A stretch of DNA of 64,000 bases, from positions 7,564,001 to 7,628,000 of the forward strand of contig NC_073400.1 of the NCBI RefSeq assembly GCF_028641065.1. The letters are read 5' to 3'. The DNA comes from Leucoraja erinacea. Lineage: Eukaryota. The notes below the pieces were generated by a model. The model ran no database searches and was not told the origin of the DNA. It worked only from the letters and a program-made list of their open reading frames with translations. Both the position numbers and the translations under genes were made by a program. Of this stretch, positions 1 through 11,726 are shown piece after piece; positions within the stretch are counted from its first letter, which is position 1; every line of letters starts with the position of its first letter.

Positions 1-879
1 TTTCTTTACTGGAAACAAACAGTATTGATCTATGGGTGTGTCAGATCAATAAAGTTTGGATGATATGATGAGCAACAACATTTGTTTCACCATTCTATTC
101 ATCCCTTCAGCAGTTTCTCAGGCTTTAAACATTCCTTGAAATCTCCCTCTTAAGAGGAGGCCTAAAACCCATTGTTGATCAAGCTATTGGCACCTGTCTT
201 CATGTGCTCATTTGTCAGAGAGACAGCATGGAAATTAGTCTTTTGCTCACTAAGTCTGCCAACTATCAAACCCCCAATCCCATCAATTTCTCCCAGATTT
301 TACCACTGACTACATGTACGCCAGGACAATTTACCATGGCCAATTTATTAATCTATCAACTAGCACGTATTTGAGGATGTGGGAAGAAATTGGAGTACCT
401 GGAGAAAATCACCACAATCATAGAACATGCACAAGATGACACATTTGAACCTGGGTTGCTGGAACTGTGAGGCACAGTTCTATTAGTCTGTACCATGATA
501 TTGCCGGTTCAGTGCAAAATGTGTTAATGCTTTTATAAAGAATCTTAACACGTGTTAAACAACTTTTTAGATTTAGAGAGATTCTTCGTTTGATGATTGG
601 AAATGCATTTTCATTGTTTACTTTCAATTGGGAATTGGCCTTTTTAACCAATGTGCAAATTGGGTCAAGATTTGCATTAGGGCTTGGTATTGCAGAGTAT
701 TTCTTCCATAAACACTCCAATGTCCACGATGGGCAGGAGTAAAATGCATAGAACCCTAGCTTATGGAAGGACTTTTCTGATAACAAAGGGGAAGAAGCTG
801 TTCCTGCTGGTGGCACTCACTTTCAAGTACCTGTGCCAGACGGGGCAGAGGGAAGGAATGACAGTGTGGGACAAGTCTC

Positions 880-1055
880 TGATTATATTGGCTGCTTTTC
901 CTTTCCTCCTTCCTCCCACATCACATCAATGTGGTTGGTCCACGACAGATCATTGATAATATTAACACCTAAGAATTTAAAGCTCTCAACCATTTCAACT
1001 TCTGGACAATTGATGCTGATTGGGGCATGTTCTCTACCATGCTTCCTGAAGTAAG
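880..1055 (-). mobile_element. Rex1/Babar-type LINE RT fragment
   Basis: Minus-strand translation FRKHGREHAPISINCPEVEMVESFKFLGVNIINDLSWTNHID is typical of the distal RT region of Rex1/Babar LINEs. Confidence 0.65.
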
Positions 1056-1157
1056 CAGGTGAAAATAATGAGAACTGAGTGATTTCTGGACAAGGAGGAA
1101 GAAGATTGAGGATTGAAAGATTGCTATCAATACATAACTGTTTCTTTGCCACTGTAG

Positions 1158-1311
1158 GGCTTTAAAATCTGTTACATGACTGGTGATCTGTTTGAATGTC
1201 CAGCACAAGAATCGCTGGCGCACTGCATCAGCGCAGACTGCCGCATGGGGAAGGGGATAGCTGTTTTATTCAAGAAACGGTTTGGATCTGTTCCGGCGCT
1301 GCTAGACCAAA
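1158..1311 (+). CDS. OARD1: OARD1/TARG1 (C6orf130) macrodomain ADP-ribose glycohydrolase, internal coding exon; upstream exon(s) lie outside the window
   Basis: Acceptor tag ends 1157 and donor gtaag starts 1312. Encodes [51 protein letters not shown], matching human TARG1 [29 protein letters not shown]. Ends in phase 1. Confidence 0.95.
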
Positions 1312-1392
1312 GTAAGAAACTAAAGCATAATTACTTTTCACCGCTGGAATGTGCATGTTGTTTTGGCATTAAAACGTCAAACCAAATTCTTG

Positions 1393-1593
1393 GGTAGACA
1401 AAAATGCTGGAGAAACTCAGCGGGTGAGGCAGCATCTATAGTACGAAGGAATAGGTGACGTTTCAGGTCGAGGCCCTTCTTCAGTCTGAAGAAGGGTCTC
1501 GACCCAAAACATCACCTATTCCTTCGCTCCTCATCCGCTGAGTTGCTCCAGCATTTTTGTCTGCCCTCGATTTTTCCAGCTTCTGCAGTTCTT
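1393..1593 (+). mobile_element. Penelope-derived inverted-repeat (hairpin) insertion with hammerhead-like cores
   Basis: Arms agacaaaaatgctggag...cttcttcag and ctgaagaagggtctcgaccc...ctccagcatttttgtct. 14-bp TSD aaaccaaattcttg at 1379-1392 and 1594-1607. Confidence 0.8.
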
Positions 1594-2759
1594 AAACCAA
1601 ATTCTTGTATCTGAAGGAAAATTTGGTAAAGTTATTTCAGTGGGGGCCATGGCTGCATGTTTGTGGGTGTTGTCATCCCATGAAAAATAAGCAAAGACAT
1701 TAAGTTAAAATAAGTTGTGTTAATATTACTCTTCCAGAAAAGAGACACAAGCTCCAGAGGAACATTTTGTTATTAAAATCTGTAAAATATACAGTAGAAG
1801 GGACCCAGGAATGAAATATCAGAATAGCAGGGGGAGATAGTGTTTCGCAACTGGAAAATTCCTACACACCTGACAATCCAACAGTATATTGATTTCTCTA
1901 TAACTTTGTAACCCTTGCTTTCCCCCTCTCTCTGTCCCTCTCCCACCCTAGTTATCCTACCAGATTCATTGTCCTCCTGATTAATTTTACTGTTTGCCTC
2001 GTTGTCGGCTTCTCCTCAGCCAATGTTGAACCTTTGTATATTTCCTTGATCATTCTTGGTTCTGCCCTTTTCACACCTTACCTGCTCTTTGTACCCTTCC
2101 ATATCTCTAGTTTCCCTCTCGCCTGCCTCTCAGTCTGATTCAAAACCCATTCCTTCTCTCCAGAGATGCTGCCTGTCCCGTTGAGTTACTCCAGCATTTT
2201 ATGTCTATCTTCGGTGTAAACCAGCATCTGCAGTTCCTTCCTCTCATTATCATGTGACCCCTGTTGATTCAGAAAAAAGGATAATCCAGGAAGGCTTTGG
2301 AACCAAGGGTGCCGGAAAATCGGTGTTCAGACTGTACTCAAATCAATTATGGATCTATTCTGACTTGCCCATCTTTATTTCCAAAGTTGGATGAGTTGAA
2401 TAAAATGACCAAGCCTAGACTTGAGTTTAGAACAATGAGGTAAATCGTGATATTCCTCAGCATCTGAGGAGCCTCACACTAAGGGATCAGCCATTCAAAT
2501 GAAGTTCTTCACTCGGAGGATAGCTAATCGTTTGGCATTCACTATTCAAGTGGACCATGAAGGCTCAGTTACTGAGTGTCTTAAAGACTATTCAAGAATT
2601 GTAGATGTTTTAGTATAGTGCAGGAAAGCAGTGCTGAAGTAAAGGATCTTGAATGCAGAGCAAGCACAATGGGCCAAATAGCCTAATCCTGCTTCTGTTT
2701 CTTGTGTTCGTAAGCAGACCAAGAAAAAAAATACAATAATTGTTTTTGTTGCTTCACAG

Positions 2760-2818
2760 AAAAGAAAACTGGGGAAGTAGCAATACTGAAAAGACCCCAA
2801 CGATACATTTACTATCTG
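2760..2818 (+). CDS. OARD1: OARD1 59-nt coding exon
   Basis: Acceptor cacag ends 2759 and donor gt is at 2819. Phase 1 to 0. Encodes (K)KKTGEVAILKRPQRYIYYL versus human [20 protein letters not shown]. Absent from the ORF track. Confidence 0.93.
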
Positions 2819-4180
2819 GTAACTTTTAGTTTGAGTATTATTGTTCATTATTTGAATGCTTTTTAAAATTCACAAGATAAAGGTTAAACTTTGTTTTTTC
2901 AAAATATAGTACACTACTAGAGAATTCATGTTGCATGGTATCCTTTTGGTTTAACACAGTCCCATGGACAATGTAACCCCACCATAAACCGATGCATGGC
3001 TAAACTCAAATGATGAAGCTCAATGGTTGACAGCAATGTTTGATTCAACAGTTTTTTTTGTGATCTGATTTAGATTTTTATGTAAATCAAATCTTTATTT
3101 TAAAGCTAGACTACTCTTGTATATCTTGTCTCCAATAAAAAAAACTGCTATTTTATAAGTAGACAAAAACACGCAGATTGCATTTGGAAAGATTGTTTCC
3201 CTTTCTCTTTATATATCCTTACACCATGAGCCATTTGGCCCATTTAGTCTATGCCGGCTCACAGAGCAGACTCATCTTCGTCCACTAATATTTTGTGCGA
3301 TTGATTTCCCGTCAATTTCTGAATTCTGCCACTCATTTGTACATTGGGCATCATTTAGTGGCCAATTAACCTGTCATCCAGCATGTCTTTGTGATGTAGA
3401 AGAAAAGGACACATTTGCGGAAAACCCAAGTGGTTACTGTGAGAAGCTGCAGCTCCACATACATGGCACCAGAGGGCAGGATTGTGTGACAGCAACTCCA
3501 CACACTGTGTTGCAACCACATTCTTTTGGAAAAGTTTGCAATGTGGATTCATTTTAATGGAGGCTAAATTGCATTGAATACCAAAGATCCTAATTTGAGC
3601 TTTGTAAGTGACGCTTTTAGCTAAAAGACTGTAAACGTCACTTACCAAATTTAGCTAGCTAAATCATTCACTGGCTAAACGAGCTACATAATCTTCTGCT
3701 ACAGTCTGCAATCTTTCTATGATTTTGACATTGCTGCAGTAATTCTTTTAGGGCCAGTGTCCTAGGCTTAACCTTCTCCCGCAGACTTTCATGACATTAT
3801 TAGATCAAATTTAGGGATGTTAATTCTCCAATGTTCAATTGCATTTCTAATTCTTCAGAAGTTGAAACTATTCTTGTCAGAGTGATCAAGGTGGCATTCA
3901 GATGCTGATGAAATGGAAATGTTGACTGCACTGTAGTCACGCCCCCTTGACATTCAAAGGCATTGTCATTGCCAAGTCTTCCATCATCAAAGTTGAAGAT
4001 ATTGCCCTTGACTAGAGATCCAACACAGCAGCCACATAAATGCTGTCTCTACGACAGGAGTTCAAAGGCTAGATATCCTGTGAATGACTCGCCTCTGCTA
4101 CCCCAAAACCTCCTTGCCTGGATGAGGGCCCCTCCAGCAGCACTGAAGATCCACACAAAGATAGACACAAAAAGCTAGAG

Positions 4181-4764
4181 TAGAAACATAGCAAATAAGT
4201 GCAGCAGTAGGCCATTCGGCCCTTCGAGCCAGCTGATCATCTAAAATCAGTTACCCGTTCCTGCTTTATTTCCCATATCCCTTTAGTCCTAAGAGCTAAA
4301 GCTAACTCACTCTTCAAAACATCCAGTGAATTGGCCTCCACTGCCTTCTGTGGCAGAGAATTCCACAGATTCACAACTCTCTGGGTGGAGACATTTTTCC
4401 TCATCTCAGTTCTAAATGGCCTACCCCTTATTCTTAACCTGTTTCTGGACTCCCCCAACATCAGGGAGCATTTTTCCTGCATCTAGCCTAGCCAACCCTT
4501 TAAGAATTTTACATGTTTCTATAAGATCCCCTCTCATCCTTCTAAATTCTAGTGAATACAAGCCCAGTCGACCCATTCTTTCACCAGGTTAACCTGCACT
4601 CCCTCAATAGCAATAATGTCCTTCCTCAAATAAGGAGACCAAAATTGCACACAATACTCCAGGTGCGGTCTCACCAGGGCCCTGTACAACTGCAGTAGGA
4701 CCTCCTTGCTCCTAAACTCAAATCATCTCGCCATGACCAGCATGCCATTAGCTTTCTTCACTGC
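4181..4764 (-). mobile_element. CR1 LINE 3' fragment
   Basis: Minus-strand LRIRGRPFRTEMRKN..TQRVVNLWNSLPQKAVEA is the CR1 ORF2 C-terminus; same 3' UTR and aacatag tail as other copies. Confidence 0.85.
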
Positions 4765-6266
4765 AGAATCCAGTCTGAAGAAGGGTCTCGACCCGAAACA
4801 TCACCCATTCCTTCTCTCCAGAGATGCTGCCTGTCCTGCTGAGTTACTCCAGCTTTTTGTGTCTATCTTTGGTTTAAACCTGCAAATGCAGTTTCTTCCT
4901 ACTGAAGATTACTGTCTGTTGTCCGCAAACACTCATTCCCTCCATCACTGCTGCGCACTGGCTGCATTATGTTTAGCAGTTATCAATCAATCAATAAATC
5001 AGTTTTATTCGTCACATTGCACATAAAGTGCAAGTGAAATGAATTTGCCAGCAGCGGTACAATGATAAAGAAAACACAAAAACACAATAAAAATTGAACA
5101 CAAACATCCACCACAGCATTCATCACTGTGGTGGAAGGCACAAAATTTGGCCAGTCCTCCACTACTCCAGTTACTCACCAAGGCTACTCTGACAGCACTT
5201 CAAGATCTAATTTCAGTCTTCAGCCTTGAGCAATTTCAAGAATTTAAAAGAAGCATTATAAAAATATCTTCACTGCTACCGTGTGATTAAGTTATCAGTT
5301 TGGCTTTTGATCTTGGTCATATAGCACTGAAACACATTCTCTAGTCTAATTAGTCCATGCTGAACAAAATGCCCAATCTGGTCCCATTTGCTAGCATAAA
5401 GTCCATATCACGCTATATCCTTCCTATCCATGTACCTGTCCAGGTGTCTCTTAAATGCTGTTATAGTACCTGCCTTGACTACCTCCTCTGGTAGCTTGTT
5501 CCATATACCCACCACCCTCAGTGAAAATAGATGCTCCCTCTGGTTCCAATCTTTCCTCTCTTGGCTTCAACCTATGACTTCTGGTTCTTGATTTCCCCTA
5601 CTCTAAATAAAAGATGATGTCCATTGACCCTATCTATTCCTCTCATAACTTTATACACCTTTATAATATCACCCCCTCCGCCTCCTGCACTGCAAAGAAT
5701 AAAGTCCTGCCCTGCCCATCCTCTTCCTATAGCTCAGGCCTCTCAAGTCCTGGCAACTTCCTCATAGATCATCTCTTCACTCTTGCCAGCTTCATGACAT
5801 CCTTCCTATAGTAGGGTCAATACTGAACACAGTACTACAAATGCAGTCTCAATGCCTTGCACACTGTAACATAATGTTCCAACTTCTATACTCAATAGGC
5901 TGACTGATGAAGACAAATGTATCAAAAGCCATCTTTATCAGTGATGCCACGTTCAAGGACTTTTTCTGCTCCCTACTCCCTAGGGCCCAACTATTCACTC
6001 TAAAGATCTTGCCCTGGTTTTGCAATGAGTCAATACCCCTTGTCAGACCTGAAGTTTGATGAAGGGTCCTGACTCAACATTGTCCAGCCATTCCTCTACA
6101 GATGATACCTAACCCACTGAGTTCCTCCAGAATGATTTCGGCCAAGATTCCAGCATCTGCAGTTTCTTGTGTCTCCGCTTTCTTTAATGTCACTTGCTAT
6201 TAGCATTACTATTAGAGTTAATGAAATTGTCTGATTGATTAATAGTTAGTGGCTTTTCTTGCGCAG

Positions 6267-6379
6267 ATTACTAAAAATAGAGCCTTTCAAAAGCCAACTT
6301 ACGAAAGCTTACAGAACAGTCTGGAGGCCATGAAGAAACACTGCATCAGTAATGGAGTCACATGCATCTCAATGCCCAG
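6267..6379 (+). CDS. OARD1: OARD1 coding exon carrying the catalytic Lys (human K84 equivalent)
   Basis: Acceptor gcgcag ends 6266 and donor gtatt is at 6380. Encodes [37 protein letters not shown](R) versus human [38 protein letters not shown]. Confidence 0.95.
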
Positions 6380-7265
6380 GTATTAATAATTAATTTATTT
6401 AATTTGTTTATTTAAAATAATGTATTTAATTAAAAAAAACTACAGATCCACCCTAGATTATGAGAAGGTTCCGTTTGCTGAGAACTGTCGAGGGCTTTTA
6501 ACTCAACCATTTGAATATTGCTGCATACAGAATTCCCAACCAACGGAAGGTGCCTGCAGCCCCTTAGCAGCAGGCAAATCCATCCCATGGTTTCCCCAAG
6601 CTCCCGACCTGATAGCCTGTATGTATAATCTATATATATATAAGTCAGGGGTTCATAACCTGGGAAGGATCTATAAGGTTATAATGGGATGGGGGTGGGT
6701 GGGAACAAGAATGTATGCTGGGTGTGGTTGCATGATAATGTGAAATTGTTAGAACATTAATTTTGCAGATGGTGCCAGCATCTACTTTCTTTGATAATGA
6801 TTAATTGGCTAAAGGCATTATCTGTGTCATCCTTTGGAGTTTAGATGTATAGTTAGAATGGTACACAAATTATATCTGAAGCCAAAGCATTCTGCATCAC
6901 TGAAGTAAAAAACAAACTACTGGAGGAACTCGGCAGTTGTAGCAACATGGAGGAAATTGGCAATATTGTGGAGGAAAATGGATAGACAATGGTTTGGATC
7001 AATTTGAGGAAGGGAGCATGCCGGCAAGAACAAGTCTGGGTGAGAAATGGTTGAAGAGCAGGAGAGCCATATGCTGAAATCTTGAGCAAATGAATGCAGG
7101 AAGAACTCTGGATTGTGCTGCCTGACCCACTAACTTTCTACTGCAGTCTGCATTGTTTACTGAAGATTTCAGCATGCATTTACTGTCTCTGTCTCCTATT
7201 TTCACTGAAGGCCCTGAATGGACTGATATATTTCTAACATAAGTGGCTTTTTTTTTTCTTTAAAG

Positions 7266-7557
7266 GATTGGTTGTGGATTAGACAAACTGAATTGGAACG
7301 CAGTTGCTGCGAGAATTCAAGATGTTTTTAAGGACACGAATATTGTCATCACTGTGTACTCTCTAGAGAATCCTGCTGTAGGGTTGCCGCAAACCTGTAA
7401 AAGGACAAAGGGTGCTTTTAATGAGAAACCATGGCCGTCCGAAGGGGGGGTGCGAACGGGCCACCGCTTTTCCCCCCTAAAGCCACCCCCCCACCGCCGT
7501 TCAGGGCCTGCAAACGCAATTCAATCATCTTTTAAAACTGCCATAAATACCAAGTAG
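7266..7557 (+). CDS. OARD1: OARD1 last coding exon (GCGLD motif, human D125 equivalent) plus a 63-aa C-terminal extension
   Basis: Polypyrimidine tract with aag ending 7265. Encodes (R)IGCGLDKLNWNAVAARIQDVFKDTNIVITVYSL, then the frame stays open to TAG at 7555-7557. The 5' part is secure; the true stop position is less so. Confidence 0.85.
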
Positions 7558-8098
7558 ACATTGGTGTTAACAGGTCCTGTAATGTTGGATTATGGAATGA
7601 AGGTAGGTATCTGAAGAGTTATGTTTATTTTTCATTTGTAAAGGAGGAGTATCTGAGCCAGCTTTCTCAATGTACATTAACAAATAGACGGTTGTATTTC
7701 TATCTATATATTAAGCAACAAGGGATTGATACGAGCTGGAATTGGGGCAAGTGCAAGATGCTCTGGCCTTGGATCCGGGAATCGGTATTCCACAGTCATG
7801 TCAGTGGGATGGATGAACAGCACAGATTGATAGTCAATTTATTCTGTAAACTCTAATGAATCGTTTTGCTTGGGGGAGATGAGTTGCAAGCTCAAAGCTC
7901 CAGTTTTTATTATTAGTTAATTGGTGATTATATGATGTCCTTATATGAAGCTCTCCCCATCCTTCCCCCACCCCTCCCCCACCCATCCCTAGCAATATAT
8001 GCTATGTAAATGGATGTATGCATTCAGTGATGGAACCACATCAAAGAGTGTGAATGTGTTGCAAACTGCATGTAATAAGATGCGTGTACATAATACTA

Positions 8099-8104
8099 AA
8101 TAAA
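8099..8104 (+). promoter_or_regulatory. Candidate OARD1 polyadenylation signal
   Basis: AATAAA about 540 nt after the stop, followed by GT-rich sequence. Confidence 0.45.
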
Positions 8105-8415
8105 GAATTTGGAAAGTTTGAGTGAAGAGTTTGAAGTGAGGGGAATTATAGCATTGTCTCTTTTTAGAGTTTTCAATGCGAGAGCTAGAGGTCATAATCT
8201 CAACATAAGAAACATTTCTTCACAGAGTTGTAAATATTTGTTCTCTACCCAGTGAACTTTATACTGTTTGTTGTGTTTTCAAGAGGTAAGTTGGAATGCA
8301 GCCAAGATGGTGCTGATGTGAAATGTTGACCATAATTACATTGAATGCCAGACCTAGGGTGTACTCTATTCTAGTGCAGTCTGATCACTTCATTAAACCT
8401 GAGTGGACTCTTTTA

Positions 8416-10024
8416 CAGTGGCCTCCATAATGTTTGTGACAAAGACCCATCATTTATTTATTTGCCTCTGTACTACACAATTTTGAGATTTGTAATAGAA
8501 AGAAATCACATGTGGCTAAAGTGCACATTGTCAGATTTTAATAAAGGCCATTTTTATACATTTTGGTTTCACCATGTAGAAATTACAGCTGTGTTTATAC
8601 ATGGTCCCCCCCATTTCAGGTCACCATAATGTTTGGGACACGTGGCTTCACAGGTGTTTGTATTTGCTCAGGTGTGTTTAATTGCTTCCTTAATGCAGGT
8701 ATAAGAAAGCTCTCAGCACCTAGTCTTTCCTCAAGTCTTTCCATCACCTTTGGAAACTTTTATTGCTGTTTATCAACATGAGGACCAAAGTTGTGCCAAT
8801 GAAAGTCAAATACGCCATTATGAGACTGAGAAACACGAATAAAACTGTTAGAGACATGAGCCAAACCTTAGGCTTACCAAAATCAATGGTTTGGAACATC
8901 ATTAAGAAGAAAGAGAGCACTGGTGACCTTATTAATCGCAATGGGACTGGCAGGCCAAGGAAGACCTGCACAGCTGATGTCAGAAGAATTCTAACTATAA
9001 TAAAGAAAAATCCCCAAACACCTGTCCGACTGATCAGAAACATTCTTCAGGTGTGGATTTGTCAACGACCACTGTCCACAGAAGACTTCTTGCAGAGATA
9101 TATAGAGGCTACATTGCAAGGTGCAAACCACTGGTTAGCTTCAAAAATAGGATGGTCAGGTTACAGTTTGCGAAGAAGTACTTAAAAGAGCAACCACAGT
9201 TCTGGAAAAAGGTCTTGTGGACAGATGAGACGAAGATTAACCTATATCAGAGTGATGGCAAGGGCAAAGTATGGAGGAGAAGGAATTGCCCAAGATTCAA
9301 AGCATACCGCCTCACCTGTGAAACACAGTGGTGGGGGTGTTATGGCCTGGGCATGTATGGCTGCTGAAGGTACTGGCTCGCTTGTCTACATTGATGATAG
9401 AACAGCTGATGGTAGTAGCATAATGATTTCTGTTCAAGTTCAAACAAATGCCTCAAAACTCATTGGCCGGCGGTTCATTCTACAGCAAGACAATGATCCC
9501 AACAAAGGAGTTTTTCAAAGCTAAAAAATGGCCAATTCTTGAGTGGCCAAGTAAATCACCTGATCTGAACCCAATTGAGCTTGCCTTTTATATGCTGAAG
9601 AGAAAACTGAAGTGGACTAGCCGCCAAAACAAGGATCAGCTAAAGATGGCTGCAATACAGGCCTGGCAGAGCATCACCAGAGAAGACACCAAGCAACTGG
9701 TGATGTCCATGAATCGTAGACTTCAAGCAGTCATTGCATGCAAAGGATATGCAACAAAATACTAAGCATGACTACTTTCATTTACATGACATTGCTGTGT
9801 CCCAAACATTATGGTGCCCTGAAATGGGGAGGACTATGTATACACACTGCTGTAATTTCTACATGGTGAAACCAAACTGTATAAAAATGGCCTTTATTAA
9901 AATCTAACAATGTGTACTTTAACCATATGTGATTTTTTTTTCCTGTTATAAATATCAAATTGTGGAGTACAGAGGCAAATAAATAAATAATGTGTCTTTG
10001 TCCCAAGCATTATGGAGGGCACTG
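8416..10024 (+). mobile_element. Full-length Tc1-like DNA transposon of IR/DR type (non-functional)
   Basis: TA TSDs at 8414-8415 and 10025-10026, CAGTG...CACTG ends, and long TIRs (8416-8641 and 9797-10024), each with outer and inner CCATAATGTTTGGGACA-like direct repeats. Confidence 0.95.
8778..9765 (+). pseudogene. Tc1-family DDE transposase, frameshifted
   Basis: Four overlapping ORFs give a paired-like HTH, GRPRKT, ARCKPL, VLWTDETK (D1), GGGVMAW, QQDND (D2) and WPSKSPDLNPIE (E). Frameshifts or deletions near 9050, 9280, 9430 and 9500. Confidence 0.92.
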
Positions 10025-10589
10025 TATGTGGTGCACAAAATCAAAATTCTGCATAAAGGTATCTACCTATATTTATTTTCATCAATTTACTTAAACATAT
10101 ATAAGAGCTGCACCTTAAATATCAATCTTTTTGCAATTGGAAACATCTCGCAGGCTCGTTCACAACCACATGATTTGAAGCTCTATCCATCTCACTTTAA
10201 TACTTTGATAATAAAAATGGCTCAATTTTCTTTCTCCACTTTAATACAGCCCTCGCACCTCATAAAACTTTTATACTTTCCTGAACTGGTCTAAAGAATC
10301 TGCCAGCACCAGTATTTCATAAGTTGAATATATTTTTATATAGCATGTAACTTTCAGTAAGGAGGGACTCTGCCATTTTTACAACAGCCTGATGTTTTGC
10401 TTGCCAACTTCAGTGACTTATTTATCTGTGTCTAAGACCCCTGTTCCTACTTATCATTCAAAATTGTTTTGTATTGTTGAAATAGATGAGGCAATATACA
10501 AATAAATTACTAAACATTGCTGTGAAACTTAATCCCTCCCCTTCCCAAGCCCATCACTTCCGTCTGAAGATCTTAGTATATTCAATGTA

Positions 10590-11726
10590 AACATAGAAAC
10601 ATAGAAATTAGGTGCAGGAGTAGGCCCTTTGGCCCTTCGAGCCTGCACCGCCATTCAATATGATCATGGCTGATCATCCAACTCAGTATCCCGTACCTGC
10701 CTTCTCTCCATACCCCCTGATCCCCTTAGCCACAAGGGCCACATCTAACTCCCTCTTAAATATAGCCAATGAACTGGCCTCAACTACCCTCTGTGGCAGA
10801 GAGTTCCAGAGATTCACCACTCTCTGTGTGAAAAAAGTTCTCCTCATCTCGGTTTTAAAGGATTTCCCCTTTATCCTTAAGCTGTGACCCCTTGTCCTGG
10901 ACTTCCCTAACATCGGGAACAATCTTCCTGCATCTAGCCTGTCCAACCCCTTAAGAATTTTGTAAGTTTCTATAAGATCCCCTCTCAATCTTCTAAATTC
11001 TAGAGAGTATAAACCAAGTCTATCCAGTCTTTCTTCATAAGACAGTCCTGACATCCCAGGAATCAGTCTGGTGAACCGTCTCTGCACTCCCTCTATGGCA
11101 ATAATGTCCTTCCTCAGATTTGGAGACCAAAACTGTACGCAATACTCCAGGTGTGGTCTCACCAAGACCCTGTACAACTGCAGTAGAACCTCTCTGCTCC
11201 TATACTCAAATCCTTTTGCAATGAAAGCTAACATACCATTCGCTTTCTTTACTGCCTGCTGCACCTGCATGCCTACCTTCAATGACTGGTGTACCATGAC
11301 ACCCAGGTCTCGCTGCATCTCCCCCTTTCCCAATCGGCCACCATTTAGATAATAGTCTGCTTTCCTGTTTTTGCCACCAAAATGGATAACCTCACATTTA
11401 CCCACATTATACTGCATCTGCCAAACATTTGCCCACTCACCCAGCCTATCCAAGTCACCCTGCAGTCTCCTAGCATCCTCCTCACAGCTAACACTGCCCC
11501 CCAGCTTAGTGTCATCCGCAAACTTGGAGATATTGCCTTCAATTCCCTCATCCAGATCATTAATATATATTGTAAATAGCTGGGGTCCCAGTACTGAGCC
11601 TTGGGGTACCCCACTAGTCACTGCCTGCCATTGTGAAAAGGACCCGTTTACTCCTACTCTTTGCTTCCTGTTTGCCAGCCAGTTCTCTATCCACATCAAT
11701 ACTGAACCCCCAATGCCTTGTGCTTT
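10590..11726 (-). mobile_element. Young 5'-truncated CR1 LINE with an uninterrupted RT C-terminal ORF
   Basis: Stop-free ORF with [31 protein letters not shown] and TQRVVNLWNSLP. aacatag tail. 6-bp TSD aatgta at 10584-10589 and 11727-11732. Confidence 0.95.
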
